Assembly (NCBI GenBank): GCA_029856045.1 | Contig: JAHQWG010000009.1 | Span: forward strand, 1-54,017 | DNA length: 54,017 bases | DNA from: Promethearchaeia archaeon | GTDB taxonomy: Archaea; Asgardarchaeota; Lokiarchaeia; Sigyniarchaeales; SOKP01 | Reading direction: 5' to 3' | In this document: positions 1 to 10,186 of the stretch, piece by piece | Numbering within the stretch: position 1 is the stretch's first letter | How the letters are laid out: each line of letters opens with the position of its first letter | Notes under the pieces: model-generated | Databases searched by the model: none | Seen by the model: the letters and a program-made list of their open reading frames with translations, nothing else | Told to the model about the DNA's origin: nothing | Translations under genes and position numbers: made by a program

Positions 1-1
1 T

Positions 2-301
2 GGCGGAGTTATTAAACCAACAACAATCTTATTTGGAGAACAGCTTCCTTCAAAAGTTTTATCTGGTGCTCTTAATGCTTGTAGTAATTGTGATTGTTTT
101 TTAATGATTGGAAGTTCCCTACTTGTTACTCCCGCAAACCAAATGCCTTATTTAGCTAAAAAAAATGGAGCAAATCTTATTTTTATTAATAAAGAAGAAA
201 CTTTTATGAATTATATAGCAGATATATTTTTAAAAGGAAAGGTTGGTGATATCTTGCCATTAATAATTTCCTATTTAGATAAAAGAAAAAGCAATTTTTA
301 A
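2..301 (+). CDS. cobB: Sir2-family NAD-dependent deacylase, C-terminal part (5' end outside window)
   Basis: The frame of ORF 104..301 is open from base 2: GGVIKPTTILFGEQLP...FLMIGSSLLVTPANQMP...LIFIN, matching sirtuin motifs (KP.v.lFGE.LP; GsSL.V.PA; .IN). Confidence 0.9.
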   Translation, partial: GGVIKPTTILFGEQLPSKVLSGALNACSNCDCFLMIGSSLLVTPANQMPYLAKKNGANLIFINKEETFMNYIADIFLKGKVGDILPLIISYLDKRKSNF

Positions 302-483
302 TTAATTTTTATACAATTTGGTAAATATAATTAATAATTAGACATAATTGATTATTACCCCAATAATAATAAGATTTTTTTAAATAGTATTAATGATATA
401 ATTTACTATAAAGTTGATCCAATAAATTTGATCAATTTTTTATATAATAATCTAAATAAGAAGAGCAAAATCTAATTAAAAAA

Positions 484-3400
484 GTGAAAAAAATGGTAAG
501 AAAAATTAAAATTCTTGCTTTTAGCGCTTTCTTAGCAATACTGATACTCTCTACACTTAACACGACCTTTCTGATGGCAGTAGTCTCGCAACAGGGAGGA
601 AGTACTACGATACAACTAAAAAAAGAAGATCCACGACAATATGGAGTACTTATACCGACGCCAAATATGTATATCACCACTAGCTTAGCAGGATCATATC
701 AGGCGAATCTTGATATCATTGATTGGAATAGAACATTATATGGAAATATTAACACTGAATATATTCCAGGGAAAAATATTTCGGATTATGGTCCCTGGTA
801 TTCTGAAGGATACTCCATCAAGACCCCTACGAGCAATGGATACATCGATCCATGGGATATTCGATGGTTAAACCTTACTGCATTAAATGCTGAAAATAAT
901 ACATTAACTAATCCATTCAATATAAATACTGTATGGAACACTTATACTTTAGTCGAAGGTGGTTCCTTAACCATCGATGTTAATTATTCGATTCCTATTG
1001 AAGTTGATATAACAATTAATTCCGCTGGTCCCAAGATGATGAAAGTTGATTTTTTAACAAATATTAAAGATTGGGGTTATGTCTTTGGAGGTAATAATCC
1101 ATTTACTAATGGTTTATATACGATGATTTCACCTTCTGGACATGTTCTAACACCAAATATAAATATATTTTGTGAATATATTGAAAACGAAATTTCATCT
1201 GATAAAGAATATAATATATTTCAATTTGTCGCCCATGAGGTCGGCGTCTACAAACTATTAGTGGAGCCAGTACATACACTACCGATAAGTATAAGCCTTG
1301 AGTTTGTTCCAACATCGATTGCTGCATTACCTGTTGACACTATGACATATACTGGAACCGGTGATATCGATCCAACATATTTAGAACGAATATCAGGAGG
1401 ATTTTGGAACCAATGGTATAGTATAAGCGCAATCAAAGGTGAAAAATTCAGACTCGATTATGCTTCAGATTATGTAGACAATAACCAATTCAGTGTTTAT
1501 ATTTGGTATCCGTGCACTTATGGATATCGTGGTCAATTCATAACATCAGGGTCACCATACCCAACATATTATGATTTAATTGCCCCAATAACGGGAAATA
1601 TCTACGTGAGTATTATACCTTGGGACATATATACTTGGTGTAGATTTGGTCTATATCTACAAAAGATTCAATCACAAACACTTGCAATCAATGGAACTGA
1701 AACAGTCCACGTCTCGAGAGACGAGAGAAAAGCACTTGATTTCACATTAGAAGAAGATAGTTTTCTTAGAGTTAATTGGACAGAATATGGTAATGGAAAT
1801 GCTGGAATGTATGGTTTTGATGGAGGATCGTTAAGTTGGACAATGGACTCAATCACTTTCTTAGATTCCAAAAAACAATATTGCGCTCAAGCTATCGATC
1901 CACTCGATACCAAGACAGAATGGGGTTGGGATTTCCATTATTATTATTTACCAAAAGGATCATACGAAATCCTTATTAAAAATACAGATATTACAAGAGA
2001 TAGTGTTTTTATGATCACTACTCTACCTATCACCTTTGAGAATATATCAATTGCAATGAGTGAACTTGTTTATCCAGAAACTATCCAAAAAGTTTTCTCT
2101 AAAATAACATTTGAAGCTGATCCATTCCTTTCCGGAATAAAGCAGGCCAAATGGATTGAAATTAACATCACAAAACCAGATATATATTCATTAAACACAA
2201 CGATCTGGGAAGCTGACAATTTGGGTGCGCTTCATTCGTTTGTAAATCCATCTTATGTTATTGTGTATAACGATACTGATAGCTCTTACACAGATTGGAC
2301 GGCAGTAGCACTTAATAGTAGTGAATATTTCCCCGTAGTTTCCGATGATGATACTGATAGTACCGTACTTGATGAATGTTATATCGCTTATCCACAAAAA
2401 TGGCATAATATTGAGTTTAACTTCACACAAGTGGGTTCTGTTGGAGGTTCGATGGATATTGATCTCTATACTGGAAGTAATTGGGATGATATAACACTCT
2501 CACTGGAATCAACGAGCGATTTCACGTCAAACGGAACAATCGAATTAGATTTTACCGATTTACAAGGTGATTATGACGATTGGACAAGAGGTGCCCCTTT
2601 CGACTTACCTAACGTTGAAGAAAATCTATATTATTGGCTTCGAATCGATTGCGATTCAGATTGGGCAACACCAGCAGATATTCCTTACATTAACCATATT
2701 AGACTTTCAAACACGACTTTAATAGGTGATTTCAACTTGATTTGGGTAAGAGATAGTCCTTATCAATACTGTGATTTCGTTTTAAATGATATTAATGATA
2801 TTACGGATTTAGAGGTCATCTCCCTCCTGGATGGATACGACAATTCTTCTCAACAAGTAGATTTATGGAATATAATTGGAGATGAGACGGGAATCTTGAA
2901 ATTATTGATTATACCAGAGTATTGGTCTTATTCTGGAGCTGTCACGGCTGGTTTCGGTATCAATAGTTGGAGTGGTTATATAACACAAAGTCAATATAAT
3001 TGCACATCTAATCCGCTATACGCTCCATGGAATATAATTGATGGCGTTGTTGATGATTTACCGGGATATACCAATTATACAATTTATCCTGGTTATGGAA
3101 CTGACATCAATCTTAACTCCACTGTATGCAAGATACCAGGATTTTACGGATCTTGTTTCCATTTAGTTAAAGTCTATTGCAGTCCACTCAATTGGACACA
3201 ACTAGTTATTTCCGTATCAAACATAACAGGGTATGGCATTTATATTATACAAGATCTACCATGGGTTAGCAACAGTGGACCAAATAACGAATTACAAATA
3301 CTCGATTTAGTCCTCCCTGCAGCGAACAAAACACTTGAATTTGGAATTTTAAGTAATAATTTTACATTAATGCTTGTATATATACCAAAAACATTTGTAG

Positions 3401-3624
3401 TACCTGATCCGGACTGGGGGATGGTTCAGATTAAGCTAGGAATAACCCAATATAATACCACAAAGGTCTTAGTGGTTCCGCCTGGAGTCGTAGTTCCACC
3501 AATTATTCCAGGATTTGATATATTTATCGTATTAGGAATCTCATTTACCGCAGTAGTGGTAATTGCCTACACGGTGAAAAAAGAAAATGGGTTAATTAAA
3601 CGTACAAGAGGTGAAAATGTATGA
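484..3624 (+). CDS. Large secreted surface glycoprotein with C-terminal IPGF-TM-basic sorting signal (Loki-CTERM/PGF-CTERM-like)
   Basis: Basic + hydrophobic N-terminal signal peptide; beta-rich, Asn/Thr/Tyr/Trp-rich body with many N-x-S/T sequons; ends PPIIPGFDIFIVLGISFTAVVVIAYTVKK. Confidence 0.8.
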   Translation: MKKMVRKIKILAFSAFLAILILSTLNTTFLMAVVSQQGGSTTIQLKKEDPRQYGVLIPTPNMYITTSLAGSYQANLDIIDWNRTLYGNINTEYIPGKNISDYGPWYSEGYSIKTPTSNGYIDPWDIRWLNLTALNAENNTLTNPFNINTVWNTYTLVEGGSLTIDVNYSIPIEVDITINSAGPKMMKVDFLTNIKDWGYVFGGNNPFTNGLYTMISPSGHVLTPNINIFCEYIENEISSDKEYNIFQFVAHEVGVYKLLVEPVHTLPISISLEFVPTSIAALPVDTMTYTGTGDIDPTYLERISGGFWNQWYSISAIKGEKFRLDYASDYVDNNQFSVYIWYPCTYGYRGQFITSGSPYPTYYDLIAPITGNIYVSIIPWDIYTWCRFGLYLQKIQSQTLAINGTETVHVSRDERKALDFTLEEDSFLRVNWTEYGNGNAGMYGFDGGSLSWTMDSITFLDSKKQYCAQAIDPLDTKTEWGWDFHYYYLPKGSYEILIKNTDITRDSVFMITTLPITFENISIAMSELVYPETIQKVFSKITFEADPFLSGIKQAKWIEINITKPDIYSLNTTIWEADNLGALHSFVNPSYVIVYNDTDSSYTDWTAVALNSSEYFPVVSDDDTDSTVLDECYIAYPQKWHNIEFNFTQVGSVGGSMDIDLYTGSNWDDITLSLESTSDFTSNGTIELDFTDLQGDYDDWTRGAPFDLPNVEENLYYWLRIDCDSDWATPADIPYINHIRLSNTTLIGDFNLIWVRDSPYQYCDFVLNDINDITDLEVISLLDGYDNSSQQVDLWNIIGDETGILKLLIIPEYWSYSGAVTAGFGINSWSGYITQSQYNCTSNPLYAPWNIIDGVVDDLPGYTNYTIYPGYGTDINLNSTVCKIPGFYGSCFHLVKVYCSPLNWTQLVISVSNITGYGIYIIQDLPWVSNSGPNNELQILDLVLPAANKTLEFGILSNNFTLMLVYIPKTFVVPDPDWGMVQIKLGITQYNTTKVLVVPPGVVVPPIIPGFDIFIVLGISFTAVVVIAYTVKKENGLIKRTRGENV

Positions 3625-6600
3625 AAATCATGATAAGAAAATATAAAATTCTTGCTTTTAGTGCCTTCTTAGCGATACTTGTACTCTCTACATTCAACGC
3701 GACATTTTCGGTAGCAGCGGTCTCACAACAAGGTACGTGTGCTTCAATACAATTAAATAAGGATAATCCACGAGCCTACGGTGTTATAGTGCCACCACCC
3801 AATATGTACGTTACCACCAGATTACAGGGATCCTATCAAGCAAACCTCGATATCATTGATTGGAATGGTGGTACACCTGATTATACCATAAATACCGAGA
3901 ATTATCCAGGTAATAACATCTCATGGGGCGGTCCGTGGTATTCTGAAGGAAAGGAATTCTTCACACCTACACTCAATGGCTATACCGATCCGGGGGATAT
4001 TCGATGGTTTAACCTTACCGCTTTAGAAGCTAAAAACGACACGCTTGCAGATCCTTTCGAATTTAATATGGTATGGAATTCGTATTCTTTTACCGAAGGT
4101 GGTTCTTTACTCATTCCTATCAATTATTCGATTCCTATAGAAGTTGACATCACGATAAATTCTCTTGGACCTAAGTTATTAAAAGTTGATTGGTTAACAA
4201 ACAATCCTGATGGAAATTATCTTGGTACATGGAGAATTATTTCACCTTCAGGACACGTATTATCCGAAAATGTACATATTAGTCGTATAGATGTCGAAAT
4301 ATCTACTGCATCAGAAGAACAATACGATGTGCTTCAATTTATCTCCCATGAGACGGGTACATATAAATTATTAATGCTAACATCGACAAATACAGTACCT
4401 ATGCAATTACTACTTGAATTTATAAACCCAACGATTAAAACATTATCTCTCAGTACCAACTCATATGGTGGACCTGGCGATGCCGATCCAACATATTATG
4501 AGAGATTGGATAATGCTTTTTTTGCTGAGTGGTGGAGAATAAGTGCAATAAAGGGTGATAAATTCGTTCTTGATTATAATCCGGTTTATTGGGAAGACAC
4601 GAATGACCATGTAGTCAATATCTGGTATCCGTGCAGTACAGGATACCGTACTGAGGCTTCAGTTAATGCTGGTTACGGTCGTTTTGATATAATTGCACCT
4701 ATAACGGGTGATATCTATGTCTCTTGCATTTCGAGAGATTATTGGTCAAATTATAGAAATCGGCTATATTGTGAAAAGATCGAGGCAAATACGCTTACTT
4801 TAAATACGACAGAAGCAATTCATATCTCAAGAGGCGAAAGAAAAGTGTTTGATTTCACACTGGAAGAAGAATCATTCCTTAGGGTGAATAAAACAGTCAT
4901 AGGAACCGCAGGAACTATGATGTACGGCTGGGATGGTTCGTCAACTAGTTGGTCATCTAATAGATTCTCTTTTTTAGATACTAAGAAAGGCTATTGCGTC
5001 CAACCAATAAGTTCGATCGAAACAAAAATTGCTAATTATACATATGACTACTATTATTTACCAAATGGGTCGTACGAAATACTCGTTAGAAACACAGATA
5101 TTAAAAAGGATGGCGTTTTTATGATTACTACGAGTTTTGTAGAATACGCAAATTTAACTATTGTGCCGGAAGTGTTAAGTTATCCATCAGATGACCCTTC
5201 AATAGGAGGTTTTACAAAACTAACCTTTAAAGCTGACGATTACGAGAAATCTCTTAAAAAAGCGCAATGGGTAGAAATCAATATAACGGAAGCTTCTAAT
5301 TGGTTGCTCAACGGAACAATCTGGAGAAGCGATAATTTAGGAGCGTTTCAACCTTATGTTAATCCTTCGAAAGTTATAGTGTTCAATGATTCTGACAATA
5401 GCTTCACAGATTGGACGGGTGAAGCATTAGATCCCAATAAATATTTCCCAGCATTTTCTGATGATGGTGGAGATGAAACTGGTGATCGATTGTTAATAGC
5501 ATATCCGCAAAAGTGGCATGATTTGGAATTTAACTTTACCACATTCCAATCTGGAGGATCTTGGGTGATTGAAACTTGGACAGCAGGCGGGTGGGATCAA
5601 CTCACAACACCTGCTGATTATACGGATAATACAGGAGGCTTTACCTCAAACGATACTATAGACCTTGTATTAACATCAGAGGAATATGAGGATTGGATAA
5701 TGGGAGCACAGTTTAATATCCCAGGTGTTGAAAAAAGGTTATATTATTGGCTCAGTATTAGAGTAGATTCGGATATAACAACAGTTCCAGAAATAAATCA
5801 CCTTCGAATCTCGAATACGACATTATCTGGAGAATTAAATTGGATATGGGTACGAGATAGTCCATATCAATATTGTGATTATGTTCAGAGCAGTACAGAT
5901 ACGCTTTACTTTATTAACGTATTATCTCTATTGGATGGCTACGAGAATGATAGTGATTCAACTTCTCTTTGGGCATTTCAAGGAGAAGAGAGTGGAGTTC
6001 TTAAGTTGTTATTGGTCCCCGAACATTGGTCTTATAGTGGAGATGTCGTAATTGGAATCAATGCCTATTCTTTTGATGGATATAATCGAGGTGGTGTCTA
6101 TAATATCACATCGAATCCATTAGTTTATCCATGGCAGATAAAAGACGGCGTAAATGCACCCGAAGGAAATGTTGTTTATAACTATACAACCTATCCTTAC
6201 GTATATATTGACAGGTGGAATTGCTCTACAAATAAAGTCGGATCTTGGGTACATTACTATCTTGACATTTTAGGTAATACATTAAATTGGACTCAATTAG
6301 TACTTGCATTAGAGAATGTAACAGGTAGTTACTATGTGCAGCTTTACCAAGACCTCCCATGGGTCGATAATACAGGACCTAAAAACGAGTTATTAGTGGT
6401 GCAAAGTTCTATTGGTGCAGCAAATAAAACTTACGAGTTCGGAGTTCTTAATGGTAATTTCACCTTACATATAGCATTCTCAACAACCGAAGATCTTGTA
6501 GGACTTAAATTACACGTGACACAATACAATACCACAAAAATAGATATCATCCCGCCCGAAGTCGTAGTGCCCCCAATTATTCCAGGATATCCATTATTAA

Positions 6601-6674
6601 TTACCCTAGGAGTTTCCATAATTGCTGTAGTGATAATCACATACACGATCAAGAAGAAAAAACTGCGAAAATAG
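3621..6674 (+). CDS. Tandem paralog of 484..3624; secreted surface glycoprotein with IPGY-TM-basic tail
   Basis: Colinear similarity throughout (GSYQANLDIIDWN, GPWYSEG, ISPSGHVL, WYPC, YYYLP.GSYEIL, AYPQKWH, LYYWL, WVRDSPYQYCD, NWTQLV, QDLPWV, TQYNTTK); ATGA overlap with the upstream gene; GAGGTGA at 3608-3614. Confidence 0.8.
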   Translation: MKIMIRKYKILAFSAFLAILVLSTFNATFSVAAVSQQGTCASIQLNKDNPRAYGVIVPPPNMYVTTRLQGSYQANLDIIDWNGGTPDYTINTENYPGNNISWGGPWYSEGKEFFTPTLNGYTDPGDIRWFNLTALEAKNDTLADPFEFNMVWNSYSFTEGGSLLIPINYSIPIEVDITINSLGPKLLKVDWLTNNPDGNYLGTWRIISPSGHVLSENVHISRIDVEISTASEEQYDVLQFISHETGTYKLLMLTSTNTVPMQLLLEFINPTIKTLSLSTNSYGGPGDADPTYYERLDNAFFAEWWRISAIKGDKFVLDYNPVYWEDTNDHVVNIWYPCSTGYRTEASVNAGYGRFDIIAPITGDIYVSCISRDYWSNYRNRLYCEKIEANTLTLNTTEAIHISRGERKVFDFTLEEESFLRVNKTVIGTAGTMMYGWDGSSTSWSSNRFSFLDTKKGYCVQPISSIETKIANYTYDYYYLPNGSYEILVRNTDIKKDGVFMITTSFVEYANLTIVPEVLSYPSDDPSIGGFTKLTFKADDYEKSLKKAQWVEINITEASNWLLNGTIWRSDNLGAFQPYVNPSKVIVFNDSDNSFTDWTGEALDPNKYFPAFSDDGGDETGDRLLIAYPQKWHDLEFNFTTFQSGGSWVIETWTAGGWDQLTTPADYTDNTGGFTSNDTIDLVLTSEEYEDWIMGAQFNIPGVEKRLYYWLSIRVDSDITTVPEINHLRISNTTLSGELNWIWVRDSPYQYCDYVQSSTDTLYFINVLSLLDGYENDSDSTSLWAFQGEESGVLKLLLVPEHWSYSGDVVIGINAYSFDGYNRGGVYNITSNPLVYPWQIKDGVNAPEGNVVYNYTTYPYVYIDRWNCSTNKVGSWVHYYLDILGNTLNWTQLVLALENVTGSYYVQLYQDLPWVDNTGPKNELLVVQSSIGAANKTYEFGVLNGNFTLHIAFSTTEDLVGLKLHVTQYNTTKIDIIPPEVVVPPIIPGYPLLITLGVSIIAVVIITYTIKKKKLRK

Positions 6675-6709
6675 AAGATATTAGTTGAAGTTTTGAAATT
6701 TTATATATA

Positions 6710-6828
6710 TTTCTTTTTTTTATTTCTCTTATTCTGTTAATTCAAATACCTATTTTGACATGAAATTTTTATATAAAAAATTTATGATAAAAAAATAATA
6801 TAACATAAACAAAAAAAAAGAAAAAAAA
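6710..6828. terminator. Probable convergent archaeal oligo-T terminators
   Basis: T-tract at ~6710-6725 after the + gene and A-tract at 6811-6828 (T-tract on the - strand) after the convergent - gene. Confidence 0.4.
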
Positions 6829-6861
6829 TTGAATTTAAACTTTGATGGTTTTCAGTAGATT

Positions 6862-9036
6862 TTACTTTAATTCTCTCTTTTTATAGAGTTTTAAGGCTAC
6901 GACGACAATTGCAACAAACGAGAAGCTTAGAATTATGAATATTGGATAACCAGGAATCATTGGGGTGGCGACTACAGCTAAGCAAGTTACAGTTGCTTTA
7001 AAGGTTCCAATATTACTATAACCATCATCAGTAGGACTGCTTAATACCACATAATATTCGGCGTTTTTACAAGCATATGCTATAACTCCAGTTGATCCGT
7101 AAGGGAATGTCATACTGAAACATGTTTGGTCTATTGATCTAACGGTTGCTGAACTAGTAGCAAGATAATCGAGATTTACCATCCCTGTAATCGCTTCAAT
7201 ATCAATATAACAACAGCAATCTAATGTACCTTTGAATAAAGTTAAGTCTTCACCTCTATTACGGTCATATTGAGTATCAAACTCAATCGGATCCTTCCAA
7301 TCATATGACATAGTAAATGAAGTCGTATTTTGAAATGGATATCCGTCGTGTAAACCATTTTCAGCTAAAACGACCCATGTTTCTTCGAAAATTGCCCATT
7401 CGGTGGGATATTTATCAAGATTAAGAGTTTCATACGTAGAATTATCATACGCTATACTGGAACCAAGTAGGAAAGGTTCTGGGATTATACCTGAACTCGT
7501 AGCATTAGCTAATCTAAGAGTTGCCGTCGCGTTATTACCCATCGAGGTCATTAAAAATCCAGTGACAGTATTAGTTGTATTTTCCATTAATTTATAAATA
7601 CCCTCATCATCATTATCGGAAATAGCACTGAAATTATAGGTTTTCGTTGTTGGAAGATCACCGGGTTGTTTTGAAGATTCTTGAACGCTAAAAGTTAAGG
7701 ATGTATCCGTAAAAGGGACAGAATAATTCATAATTAATATACCCATAGTCAAGTCAATCGTATCATTTGATCCAATTATAAAATCACAGCTTTTAGTAAT
7801 TGGATTACCAGGGCTATAATAACGTTCAAGAGAATCACCCACATCACCATCAAACCCACCAAGCATCAATGAATTGAGATCTGGTATTGCTACACCATTA
7901 TATTTACACTCTGTAGGCATTTCGGATGGAATAAAAAACATTGCACCAGATTCAGTTTTATTTTCTACTCTATAATCCTGAAAAGCGTAAGAGTAAAGAA
8001 AGGGAAATTGAAGTTGAACATTATAACCTAGAGGACAAGTAACAGAATAGTCATATAAAACACGATATTTAAGACCCGAAACTCTTACTCCTTGAAATGC
8101 AAAGTAAGTAATCCCTCCAGCATAAGACATATTAGAGCTATAAAGTTGTATATTAGTTGAAGTAACCGTAGGTGGTGAAACAACTGGTAATAAAGCCTCT
8201 TTAATATCGAGACGGAACGAGCAGCCTTCCGTAGAAGTCGTTGCTTTAAGATAATAAGTTCCTTGGCACAAGTATAATTGCCATGTAAAGGGGTCATCAG
8301 TAGAATTAGAATCAGAAATTGGAAAAGAGCGAGAAATAAGCGTTTCTCCAAATGGATCAGGTTCCCATATTTCGATTTGCGTAGAATTTGCAGTTGAATT
8401 TAAACTAAATTGATATAATCCAGCAGAAGTGATTTCCAATTTTTTGTACTTAAAATCTTTAGAGGTTGTCAATGATGTACTCCAGTTCATTGCGCTAACT
8501 GTATCTAAATAAGCTGCAGTAGTGTTCGATACTGTAATACTACCACCTAAATCTTCCCATGCGATCAAAGTCGAAGCATTTCTATCACTATTAGTACTAT
8601 AACAGTTAATCATTAAGTTAAAATCACGAATAGCAAAATAAAAAAAGTCTTCAGAGGTTGCATTCCAATGTGTACACCCATCAACACCCATGCTATAAGA
8701 TGCTAAACTCATTCCTTTTTGTCTTGGTATGCCAATTCCACATCCCTCACATTCAAAAAGATAATCTGGCCAATAAAGATTCGCTAAAATATTGCAACCT
8801 TTTTTATTTGTTAAGGTTATTTTATATAAATTATCTTTTGTAAAATTGATTGCATATGTAGCAATATGGGTATCATTAGTATAAGAAAATGATTGTGTAG
8901 CTCCTAAAGTCAAGGCAGTTGGTGTGGTAGCGTTTGCAGGAGTTATAAAGAAAATTGAGCTAAAACCTGTAAATATTGAAGCACAAAGTATAAATGTTAT
9001 TATTAAAATTTTTAGATTTTTTTTCATTTCATTCAC
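6862..9036 (-). CDS. Third secreted surface protein with IPGY-TM-basic sorting signal
   Basis: Signal peptide (MKKNLKILIITFILCASIFTGFSSIFFITPANA); Ser/Thr-rich with many sequons; C-terminus TPMIPGYPIFIILSFSFVAIVVVALKLYKKRELK. Confidence 0.8.
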   Translation of the reverse strand: MNEMKKNLKILIITFILCASIFTGFSSIFFITPANATTPTALTLGATQSFSYTNDTHIATYAINFTKDNLYKITLTNKKGCNILANLYWPDYLFECEGCGIGIPRQKGMSLASYSMGVDGCTHWNATSEDFFYFAIRDFNLMINCYSTNSDRNASTLIAWEDLGGSITVSNTTAAYLDTVSAMNWSTSLTTSKDFKYKKLEITSAGLYQFSLNSTANSTQIEIWEPDPFGETLISRSFPISDSNSTDDPFTWQLYLCQGTYYLKATTSTEGCSFRLDIKEALLPVVSPPTVTSTNIQLYSSNMSYAGGITYFAFQGVRVSGLKYRVLYDYSVTCPLGYNVQLQFPFLYSYAFQDYRVENKTESGAMFFIPSEMPTECKYNGVAIPDLNSLMLGGFDGDVGDSLERYYSPGNPITKSCDFIIGSNDTIDLTMGILIMNYSVPFTDTSLTFSVQESSKQPGDLPTTKTYNFSAISDNDDEGIYKLMENTTNTVTGFLMTSMGNNATATLRLANATSSGIIPEPFLLGSSIAYDNSTYETLNLDKYPTEWAIFEETWVVLAENGLHDGYPFQNTTSFTMSYDWKDPIEFDTQYDRNRGEDLTLFKGTLDCCCYIDIEAITGMVNLDYLATSSATVRSIDQTCFSMTFPYGSTGVIAYACKNAEYYVVLSSPTDDGYSNIGTFKATVTCLAVVATPMIPGYPIFIILSFSFVAIVVVALKLYKKRELK

Positions 9037-9179
9037 TTTTTAATTAAATTTTTAATTTTGGATACTAAAAAAATGTATTAATAATACTGATTCATAATTA
9101 CTTTTAATAATTACTCTTAAATTGCCTTTTATTTAATTATGTGAATATTAAATGTGTTCAAGTTAAAAAAAGAAATAAA

Positions 9180-9935
9180 TTATCTCGGTAAATAAAATTT
9201 ACACAAACCACACTGATAAACCATCATTCTACGTTGGGGACCTAATATCACAAACGCTTGTTTCATTTCTCCTCCACATTTTGGGCAGTGTCTTTCAAAG
9301 GATTCCTTTAAACGCACTAATGCTTGAGAGATTGTATCTTCTAATAAACTAGTCTTAATAGCACTAGGTTGTTTGGCTTCTGGTGTGTCCAACCCTATTT
9401 CAGGCGTCAATTCTAAATCGAAGATATCATCGAATTCTGACACGTATTCAAATTCTGGAATTTCCTCAAATTCGATGACATCTTGTGCTTTCTTTTTACT
9501 TAAATCTGGGGAAATAATAGTTGGTTCAACAAAAATTTGTTTAACTTTTTTAAGACCTTTGGAAATTTTAGAACTTTCAGGTTTGAATTTAGCAGGTTTT
9601 TCTTTTAGAGTTATGATTTTTTGTCTATTTTTCCATTGGAGATAGATTTTTGTTATTTTTCCTCTCCAAATTGCATGACGCCCAGTTGAATCTTCAAAAA
9701 CCTTCATTAATTTTGCTTCTTCTAATTCACTAAGTTTTTCAGTTAGTTCTTTTTCTACTTTTTGAATTTTAGTAAGAGATTTTTTAGGAATTGAAGGTTT
9801 TACTTTTGATATTAACAAATTATGTCTTTTTTTCCATCGGAGGTATATTTTTGTTATTTGGCCTCTCCATATAGCATTTTTACCTGTAGTATCTTCAAAA
9901 TATTTCATAAGTTCAGCTTCATTTAACTGACTCAA
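9180..9935 (-). CDS. Hypothetical protein with two ~37-aa 'FEDxTGxxAIWRGxITKIYLxWK' repeats and C-terminal Zn ribbon
   Basis: Repeat visible twice in the translation; C-terminal CPKC...CGLC; the frame stays open upstream to an ATT at 10019. Confidence 0.75.
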   Translation of the reverse strand: MSQLNEAELMKYFEDTTGKNAIWRGQITKIYLRWKKRHNLLISKVKPSIPKKSLTKIQKVEKELTEKLSELEEAKLMKVFEDSTGRHAIWRGKITKIYLQWKNRQKIITLKEKPAKFKPESSKISKGLKKVKQIFVEPTIISPDLSKKKAQDVIEFEEIPEFEYVSEFDDIFDLELTPEIGLDTPEAKQPSAIKTSLLEDTISQALVRLKESFERHCPKCGGEMKQAFVILGPQRRMMVYQCGLCKFYLPR

Positions 9936-10186
9936 TTTCTCTGCCGGAATTTTCCTTCCATTTACTTCTTTAGTATGAGTTTTTATTTGTGAATTTGATT
10001 TAGTTTTTTGATTTGGAATTTTTTATCCCGCCAGACTTATAATGATTCTATCTTAATAAAATTCTAATTTAAAGATATAACCTATTTATTTTTAAAAAAA
10101 TAGGATATATACATAATATAATCTACTAGGATTGGAATAAAAAATTTTTTCTAATAATTTAAAAAAATAAAAATAATTTTGATAAT

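Noticed and set aside
432-8843. Short antisense or alternate-frame ORFs inside the surface-protein genes (e.g. 432..680, 1106..1327, 7403..7597, 8085..8351)
   Set aside because: Shadow ORFs overlapping longer, well-supported genes, with no recognisable motifs.
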